Source: Nitrospirota bacterium (GTDB taxonomy: Bacteria; Nitrospirota; Thermodesulfovibrionia; Thermodesulfovibrionales; Dissulfurispiraceae). Taken from it: 64,000 nt of DNA. The position numbers and the translations under genes were made by a program. A model generated the notes under the pieces. It saw only the letters and a list, made by a program, of their open reading frames with translations. It was not told where the DNA came from and did not search any database. The stretch is from positions 1 through 64,000 of the forward strand of contig CAVPZX010000008.1 in the NCBI GenBank assembly GCA_963710375.1, written 5' to 3'. Positions 57,182-64,000 of this stretch are shown here, piece by piece (within the stretch, counting starts at the first letter, position 1; each line of letters starts with the position of its first letter).

Positions 57182-58352
57182 TTACAGTACCTTTCCTTGC
57201 AAGCTTTTGTAGGATGACACGGTATTCTCAAAAAAAATCTGAAATGAAAATAATTCTTTTGTGCGCCGGCGTCCTTCCTGTCCCATCTTGACTGAATATG
57301 CCGTGTCAGATAAAATGTCGATGATCGAAGAAGCCATTGCATTGTGATCATTGGCCGGGAAGAGGCATCCTGTATTGCCCTCTTCAATTATTTCCGGTAA
57401 TCCGTTCAACTCTTGCCGCCGCAACCGGCACACCTGCAGCCATTGCCTCAATAGCAACAAGTCCGAATCCCTCTAACAGCGACGGCACAGCTACCACATC
57501 CATAATACTGTAAAGCTTATATACTTCATCAGGGCTTTTTGCACCTAACCATATGATATGTTCGTCAAGCCCGGACCTTCTTGAGAGATTTAATAATTTC
57601 TCACGGTCAGGACCATCGCCGACAATAACAAGCATTGTCCCTGGTATTTTTTCTATGATAGCAGGCATAGCCCTTAATAAGAGTTCCTGCCCCTTTTCGT
57701 GTCGCAGCCTCCCCACGACCCCTATAACCTTTTTGTCTGCCAGCCCAAAAGAACTCCTCAGCTTTTCCTTATAACCACCCTCAACCTGTTGTCTGACTTT
57801 ATCCACATCTATAGCATTGTAAATTGTAAAATGCGTTCGGCACTTATTAAAATTTAATGGGTCAAGTAATTCGCTGTTGCCGAACCATGATTCTTCTACA
57901 GACCTGGAAACACAAAAAAAGGCTGTGCAGAGTTGCGCGGCCGTACGTAACAGTAACTTCTCTTTCCATCCATAGATACGCCCGGACTGATGCACAGTGG
58001 CAAAGATGGTTTTAATACCTGACAGTTTTGCAGCAATGATAGGAATGAGGCCCGGGGCTATATACTGCACATGAACAATGTCCGTGTCAAGCTCTCTAAA
58101 AACCCGGTTTAACTCTTTCGCCAAATGCCACATGCCTTCAGACCGTTCATGCTTCAGCAATATAACTTCTGCTCCGGTCTTCTCCATTTCGGAAACCATT
58201 GTCCGATCATATTCATAGTAGCAGCAGACTGTCACTCTATAACCTTCCAAAACCAGAACATTAGCAAGAGTCAATGTCTGCATTTCGGTTCCGCCGATCA
58301 AAAGGACCGGTATACATATGACCACTTGCTGCCGACAGGTTTTCATGTTCAC
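57182..58352 (-). CDS. Glycosyltransferase family 4, apparent frameshift near 57408
   Basis: GGTE, GRLRHEKG, EGFGLVAIEAMAAG. The shifted frame continues NGLPEIIEEGNTGCLFP. Confidence 0.88.
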
Positions 58353-59401
58353 ATGCGCTTCAGCCGGAACAAGCCAAAATCACGTATTTGAATTATCCCG
58401 TGAAGAACTTTGACATATAGCGTAGCAGCCGGACGGCTGCGGCCCTGACCTGTCATCAAGTGCCACAGTAGTCTTGACCACTTGGGAGTGGACCGCTCCA
58501 AAAACCCTGGTTCCATGCTTTCAAATTCGTCCCTCAGTTCAAGTGCCCGCCCTGCCCAGTCATTACGCTCGTGCAGAACACCTTGAAAAAGGAGCAGGTT
58601 TATAAACCTGACAGCCTGCCTGTTTATTTTAATCGTGTCCTCAGGCCCAAGAATGGTGCCTCCATCATTGTAATACCGCACCTGAAAAAGATACGCCTCA
58701 GCCAGTTTAAGAGACAGCAGGTCGAGTCTTCCAGTCACTGAACCCTTGTGCTGCCTGAAGCTTGCTAAAGGTTGCGAAATCCCGACAACATCAGTAAAAG
58801 CACCGACCCTGAGAAAAAAATCATCATCAGCGATATGACCCGCTTCTTTCCTGTATGTGCATTCTTCAAGCAGGAGTTTTCTCGATGTCAATACCCCCGG
58901 ACACCTGTGAATATGCCGGTTGGAGATTACACCGCTCAGATAATTGTGCGCATATTGTTTCCCAGAATAAAGCACGGGATCGGGAGAATGAGGTTCAGGA
59001 GGCATTCCCGTAATGCTGTCGTTTTCATCTATGTAGACGCAGGCGGCATAGAGATGCCTTGCCTCAGGATATCGTCTGACCGCATTTTCCATATGCTCCA
59101 GATATTCCGGATGCAGAACGTCGTCCTGATGAAGTATCGAAACAAAATCACCCGTAGCTTTTAAGACAGCCCTGTTCCATGCGTTAACAAACCCGGAGGC
59201 CTCTTCATTGAAATAATATTTGACTCTGCCGCCAAACTCTGCGGACTTCGCGATTTCAGCAGTCCTGTCCTTTGATGCGTCATCGACCACTATTATTTCA
59301 TCCGCTTGCCGGCTTTGCCGCACGGCGGAAGAAATGGCGGCATGGAGGAAACGCTCTCCGTTGTGAGCAGGTATTACAACTGATAAAGTCGCGTCATTCA
59401 T
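58349..59401 (-). CDS. Glycosyltransferase family 2
   Basis: VIPAHN, VDDASKD, LHQDD. Confidence 0.9.
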   Translation of the reverse strand: MNDATLSVVIPAHNGERFLHAAISSAVRQSRQADEIIVVDDASKDRTAEIAKSAEFGGRVKYYFNEEASGFVNAWNRAVLKATGDFVSILHQDDVLHPEYLEHMENAVRRYPEARHLYAACVYIDENDSITGMPPEPHSPDPVLYSGKQYAHNYLSGVISNRHIHRCPGVLTSRKLLLEECTYRKEAGHIADDDFFLRVGAFTDVVGISQPLASFRQHKGSVTGRLDLLSLKLAEAYLFQVRYYNDGGTILGPEDTIKINRQAVRFINLLLFQGVLHERNDWAGRALELRDEFESMEPGFLERSTPKWSRLLWHLMTGQGRSRPAATLYVKVLHGIIQIRDFGLFRLKRM

Positions 59402-60440
59402 AATGAGAAATCCTAACGCTCGCGTTATTCAACATTTTCTCTACAGCTGCAAGAACTCTCTCAACTGTAATTTCGGCAGCAGATCCGTCTGAATAAACGA
59501 TCTCTGCATGTTCGCCGTACCTGTAAGAACCGCTGAAGGGCAGATATCGTTTAAAACCTAGGTAGCTTCCCATCAAAACAATGCCGTGCGTGTTGACCGC
59601 ATTTGCCAGATGGGCAGGACCGCTGTCAATGCCTATAAAAAGCCGCGCCCTGCGAATTAGCTCGGCACTTTCCAGGATCGACAGCTTACCGCAGAGGCTG
59701 GAGTAAATACCGGAAGAGCTATCAATAAGCGGATTCAGACCTACCTCAATGACTGGCAAAGCGCATCTCTTCTTAATCTCTCCAAGCAAGTATTCCCATT
59801 TCTCTTTCGGCCAGCCCTTTTCGTCAGAATTGGAAGTGCAGTTAATTACAATGAACTCACCGGGAAGTCCGAGTGTATCAACTGCTGCCAATGCATGCTG
59901 AGGAATATATACCCTCGGCCCCTCCTCAAGTGCCGGCAGTCCGGCGCTTTGAGCCATGGCAGATAGAAGACTTCCATAGTGGAAATAATTTCCGAGGTTT
60001 ATCCCCGAAGTGCCCTGGTCTTTTTTTAGCGGTCTGCGGCACAACGAGCAGTACCTATCGACGAAATGAAGATCGACTACCTCATCAAAAAGCCCGCTGT
60101 TCATCAAAAGCAGACGTTCGGAAAGACAATGCACAGGGACGGTCAAATCTATAAGAGGATTGCTGTCGATCAACTCTCTGTAGACCTTCTTGACCCCCCA
60201 GACAATAAACGAACCCGGGGATTTCTCCTTCAGATACCTGACAACAGGTTCACATGCCACGATATCGCCCATGTTCTCAAGAAGCATGACAGCTATGATA
60301 CGCCTCTCATGATTCTCTCTTTTTACCCGATTCCGCAGGCGTTTCAGGAGAAAATAGTTACGGATAAAGTTGAGACGTATACGTGCGCCGTGCCTCATAT
60401 GTCTATATATCATGTTAAACACGGAATACAATACACCCAA
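59394..60440 (-). CDS. Glycosyltransferase family 9 (heptosyltransferase-like)
   Basis: MGDIV, KGWP, FIGIDSGPAHLANA. Confidence 0.88.
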   Translation of the reverse strand: MGVLYSVFNMIYRHMRHGARIRLNFIRNYFLLKRLRNRVKRENHERRIIAVMLLENMGDIVACEPVVRYLKEKSPGSFIVWGVKKVYRELIDSNPLIDLTVPVHCLSERLLLMNSGLFDEVVDLHFVDRYCSLCRRPLKKDQGTSGINLGNYFHYGSLLSAMAQSAGLPALEEGPRVYIPQHALAAVDTLGLPGEFIVINCTSNSDEKGWPKEKWEYLLGEIKKRCALPVIEVGLNPLIDSSSGIYSSLCGKLSILESAELIRRARLFIGIDSGPAHLANAVNTHGIVLMGSYLGFKRYLPFSGSYRYGEHAEIVYSDGSAAEITVERVLAAVEKMLNNASVRISHYE

Positions 60441-60450
60441 TGTTAATCGG

Positions 60451-61353
60451 TCAGGGCTTTCTCACAAAATACATGTAGCTAAGATAGCGATTCGAAAGAC
60501 CGCTGTCAACGAGTCTCTTTCTGCGCCCGGCAGGCTCATAAAACTCGACCTTTCCATTATGATCCCGTTCACAGGAATTTGTGGCTGGCACAGCCTCAAT
60601 AATACATTTCCTTTCCTCGCATATCTTCTGTATATCTTCATGGTGGAGAATATGCATTTCATACCTGAATTCATGATGAAACGATTCCGGCGGGATCAGC
60701 TTTCGCTTTATAGTAACCAAGAAAGGCAGCATTCGCTTCACGCGCTGTTTGATCCTGTGAAAAAAAGGAGGCGTGATAACCCTCTCATTAATGATATCTA
60801 CAGGGACTTGAAATACCGCGAGTCCGCCCGGTCTCAGGATGCGGAGGAATTCATCCATGTAGCGCTTCTGAAAGCTGTTGGGTATGTGTTGGAGCACAAT
60901 ATGGGAATATATAAAATCTATGGAGTCATCCGCGAATTGACTTAGCGAGTCGGCTTGGTTAACGACGAACTTCACATCCTTAACATATGCTTGCGCCAGT
61001 TCTATCATTTTTGGTGAGATATCGACGCCGAATCCGGATTCAAACCGCTTTCTTAAAGCCTTGCTGATGCGGCCGACCCCGCAGCCGAAGTCAAGGAACG
61101 AACCGGACGGCGCAATGATTGATTCCCGATCCATGAATCTGAAGACTCTCCCTACCTCATCTTCCCCTGTTACAAAAAACTCATCGACATTCCATTTTCT
61201 GCCGTAATATTGCGAATCCGTCAAAATCACCCAGAGCGGATCACCCTCTGCATTGCTTTGCCATTCTTTTGCATACTCACCCAATGTTTTGTTCATATCC
61301 CTTTGGTTCATAGTTTTTCCCTCAACTGAGCGCCAATCACCAGTCGTAAACAT
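60451..61353 (-). CDS. Class I SAM-dependent methyltransferase
   Basis: LDFGCGVGR, VDIS, SHIVLQH, RILRPGG. The start may be 61311. Confidence 0.88.
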   Translation of the reverse strand: MFTTGDWRSVEGKTMNQRDMNKTLGEYAKEWQSNAEGDPLWVILTDSQYYGRKWNVDEFFVTGEDEVGRVFRFMDRESIIAPSGSFLDFGCGVGRISKALRKRFESGFGVDISPKMIELAQAYVKDVKFVVNQADSLSQFADDSIDFIYSHIVLQHIPNSFQKRYMDEFLRILRPGGLAVFQVPVDIINERVITPPFFHRIKQRVKRMLPFLVTIKRKLIPPESFHHEFRYEMHILHHEDIQKICEERKCIIEAVPATNSCERDHNGKVEFYEPAGRRKRLVDSGLSNRYLSYMYFVRKP

Positions 61354-61372
61354 GTATACCTGGAAAAAGTCT

Positions 61373-62770
61373 TCACTCGCGCATTCTGTCTTTCAGCTTT
61401 TGCTTCAGTATCTCTTCCATTACCCTCAATTTAGTCCTCACTCCGAATATATTGCGGGGCCTGAAAATGTAATCAATATTAGAGGGCTGAAGGAGCATAC
61501 AGCAGGAGGCGTATCTCTGAAGACTGAGCATATCGTCAGGCGTCAACTCATCAGTCCGTGTAACGCATCGTTCAGCGCCGTATCTATCATAGTCCGCTTC
61601 AAGAAGGTATCCCTTTTCTTTCATTTCATCCCTTAGCGCAGTGCCAGGGAAAGGGATTGCCATAGAAAACCCCGCAACGTACGGCTTCAGCCGTTTCGCA
61701 AGGGCAATGCTGTCGTAAACCGACCGTTTAGTCTCACCCATATTACCTATAAGAAAAGAAGTGGTAGTCTTTATCCCCGCCTCGTGGGTCATCCTGAACG
61801 CCCGCTCGATTTCTGCTATCCTGATATTCTTGCCCATCGCTTTCAACATCTTCTCGTTGCCGTTTTCAGTGCCGTAAAAGATCATCCAGACGTTGGCCCG
61901 TTTTGCAAGCTGAAGAAGTTCAGGGGTCAGCAATGGTTCATTGACTCTGAAACAAAGCCTGTATGATATGTTCCAGTTGAGTTTCTTTTCAATGATCATG
62001 TTCAATACGGTTTCCGCCCACTGCTTGTTGGCATTAAACGTATCATCCTGAAAATAAATTTCCGAGATGCCGTATTTCCTGTGAAGCCATTCGATCTCAT
62101 TTACAATAGCCTCGGGCTTTCTCGACCTGACTTTTGAGCCCCAGAATACCGGCGAGTTGCAGAACTTGCAACGTCCGAAACAGCCGCGTGAGGCCATGAT
62201 GAACATACTCGGCATCGGACCCCTGGGGTACGGGCCATGATATTTTTTCATCCCTTCTTTGCCACCGATCAAATCAAGGTTGGTTAGAGGAATATGACTG
62301 AAATCCTGTATGAATGGACGAGGGGGATTCAGATTATCTTCATAACAAATCCCCTGAATTTCAGACATGGGTGTTCCCTCGACAAGTTCGAAAAAGGTTT
62401 CTTCGCCTTCCCCATAAACAACTACATCGATATCGGGGAAATGTCTGAACGTATCGAGTTTGAGCGCCGAAGGATGAGGTCCGCCGGTCACTACCAATAT
62501 ATTTTTACTGACCTTTTTTATTGCTTCGGAAACCTCCCTCGCTGACCTGGTCTGGTAAGTATTCATCGTAATACCCACGATATCCGGCTTGAATTTTCTT
62601 GCTCTTCCCTCTATGCCGGTGATGTCAACCTTGTCGCTGATCATCTGCACCACGGATACTTCATGGCCTCGTGCCAAAAGCATCGAACCCAAAAGGAGAA
62701 GCGCACCGGAAGGATAGCCTTCAGCCGTTCTTGGTATATTTTCCTGGGGGCATATCAGTAATACTCTCAC
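61373..62770 (-). CDS. Cobalamin-dependent radical SAM enzyme
   Basis: B12-binding N-domain (GGPHPS, GEGE), SRGCFGRCKFC, FQDDTF, PFPGT. Confidence 0.9.
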   Translation of the reverse strand: MRVLLICPQENIPRTAEGYPSGALLLLGSMLLARGHEVSVVQMISDKVDITGIEGRARKFKPDIVGITMNTYQTRSAREVSEAIKKVSKNILVVTGGPHPSALKLDTFRHFPDIDVVVYGEGEETFFELVEGTPMSEIQGICYEDNLNPPRPFIQDFSHIPLTNLDLIGGKEGMKKYHGPYPRGPMPSMFIMASRGCFGRCKFCNSPVFWGSKVRSRKPEAIVNEIEWLHRKYGISEIYFQDDTFNANKQWAETVLNMIIEKKLNWNISYRLCFRVNEPLLTPELLQLAKRANVWMIFYGTENGNEKMLKAMGKNIRIAEIERAFRMTHEAGIKTTTSFLIGNMGETKRSVYDSIALAKRLKPYVAGFSMAIPFPGTALRDEMKEKGYLLEADYDRYGAERCVTRTDELTPDDMLSLQRYASCCMLLQPSNIDYIFRPRNIFGVRTKLRVMEEILKQKLKDRMRE

Positions 62771-62779
62771 AGTTTTACC

Positions 62780-63355
62780 TCATAGGCCCATGCCATATAC
62801 AACAATATAATATGCGAGCTTCATGTACTCGCTCAGTACAAAATCCCTCGATGTCTCATTTTTCCACCAGTTTTTTGCATTCCACCAGGGAGGAGACGTG
62901 GCAACTATGGCATATCCCAAGCCCGACCCATTGAGGACATGACCCCAGGACCAGTTTACGCGTCTTATATGAGGAGGGTTAGTAACGATTATCACATATT
63001 TCCAGCCCCGGGCCTGCATCGTCCGAAGAGAATTCTGGGCTTCTTCAAAAGAGTTTTTTGAAACTGTTTCAAAGAATATGTTTTCCCGGCGTGCACCGAC
63101 GTTCATAAACTCCTGTCTCTCCTGATCACTGCATGGATTAATAATGAGAACATTCGGGGCGTACTTTTCCTTAAGAAGTTCTACTGCCAGTGTGCTCCGC
63201 CAGCAACCTATGTCTCCGCCAAGGACTACAATCGCATCGGCCTTTTGAGGAGCGGAAGCGGGCGACGCCAGAAAATATCCGGCACTAAAGAAAAGATATA
63301 TCGCTGCCGCAAACAAAAACAGAAGAGTTAATAAGAAGTACCTGCCCCTGGTCAT
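62780..63355 (-). CDS. YdcF/DUF218 family protein
   Basis: N-terminal TM, ADAIVVLGG, SKNSFEEA, VTNPPHIRR, EYMK. Confidence 0.85.
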   Translation of the reverse strand: MTRGRYFLLTLLFLFAAAIYLFFSAGYFLASPASAPQKADAIVVLGGDIGCWRSTLAVELLKEKYAPNVLIINPCSDQERQEFMNVGARRENIFFETVSKNSFEEAQNSLRTMQARGWKYVIIVTNPPHIRRVNWSWGHVLNGSGLGYAIVATSPPWWNAKNWWKNETSRDFVLSEYMKLAYYIVVYGMGL

Positions 63356-64000
63356 CGTACAATTTGAGAGTTAGCTACCTCACTTAGAATATTTCCCCAT
63401 CGTTCCTGCCACCGCTTGATGCTGAAGGCTCTCTGTGAAGCTTCCCACCCGGATTTTTGCATCCTGAGCCTTTCTTCAGGGAAGTCTATAAACCTGAGCA
63501 GTGCGTCAAGGATTGCCCCGTGGTCAGGCTCACACAAACGGCCGTTGAAGCCATCGATGATCTGGGTTATGGTTCCACCCATATTTGTTGCGACCACTGC
63601 ACATCCGGCAGCCATCGCTTCAAGCACCGAAAGACAAGTCGCCTCGCCGCATAATGACGGGATAACGGCAATGTCATGTTCGAGGTGAATCTTCAAGGCA
63701 TCCTCTGTTTTGTACGAGGTGACCGTAACGCGCTTCTCGCCTGAAAAGTTGTCTCTCAGAAATCCCTCGTCAGGACCCTCACCGGCAAGCGTTATTTGAA
63801 GGTTGGGGCGAAGCGTCAAAAGCCGCTTAAAGACATCAGCTATGACGCGTGTCCCTTTCTCCGGAACCAATCTCCTGGCAAAGATAATCCTTACAGGCAG
63901 GTCCCCATCTGCATTTTCGCGGCGAGTGTCCCACACGGCCACAGGAGCTGGATTTGGATTGTAGAAAAGACGCCCCTTGACATTAGGCCCCCGAAAGCTC
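63352..64000 (-). CDS. Glycosyltransferase family 4, C-terminal part (starts beyond the window)
   Basis: RRLVPEKG, EATCLSVLEAMAAG. Confidence 0.85.
   Translation of the reverse strand, partial: SFRGPNVKGRLFYNPNPAPVAVWDTRRENADGDLPVRIIFARRLVPEKGTRVIADVFKRLLTLRPNLQITLAGEGPDEGFLRDNFSGEKRVTVTSYKTEDALKIHLEHDIAVIPSLCGEATCLSVLEAMAAGCAVVATNMGGTITQIIDGFNGRLCEPDHGAILDALLRFIDFPEERLRMQKSGWEASQRAFSIKRWQERWGNILSEVANSQIVR

Noticed and set aside
57172..57387. 72-aa N-terminal extension of the FkbM ORF
   Set aside because: It overlaps the true 3' end of the frameshifted upstream GT4 gene.
8545..57410. Programmed frameshifting or phase variation as the cause of the split genes
   Set aside because: The sites are 2-4 nt runs with no shared slippery motif and occur in unrelated genes. 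Sequencing error is more parsimonious.

Overview
This is a 64-kb bacterial chromosomal segment. Gene content suggests an anaerobic Gram-negative such as Nitrospirota/Thermodesulfovibrionia or a deltaproteobacterium-like lineage; this is an inference and was not tested. The left ~33 kb mixes housekeeping genes (SRP RNA, dnaX-ybaB-recR, phosphoglucomutase, leuS, mtaD, ubiA/mqnP, gcvH-lpdA-eno-ftsB-GH57, tRNA nucleotidyltransferase) with accessory loci. From ~36 kb to the end lies a large minus-strand Wzy-type exopolysaccharide/capsule cluster. The main highlights are: (1) a four-gene mycothiol/bacillithiol-like operon with no MshC/BshC ligase, carrying instead a Ser-His-Glu hydrolase fused to a CysRS-like C-terminal domain; (2) a secreted metallothionein-like (28 Cys)-YtkA fusion protein paired with a MauG/MbnH-type diheme enzyme; (3) a five-copy MITE family, one copy of which split the start of an O-antigen-ligase-like gene and carries a copy-specific TGATG stop/start overlap; (4) a CruR/CutF-like leader ORF upstream of an outer-membrane barrel; (5) a secreted triple-repeat peptide; (6) hexamer/heptamer inverted-repeat arrays between genes; and (7) many apparently leaderless promoters. 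At least seven genes contain single-base frameshifts, most likely sequencing or assembly errors. No CRISPR array, rRNA or tRNA was seen.
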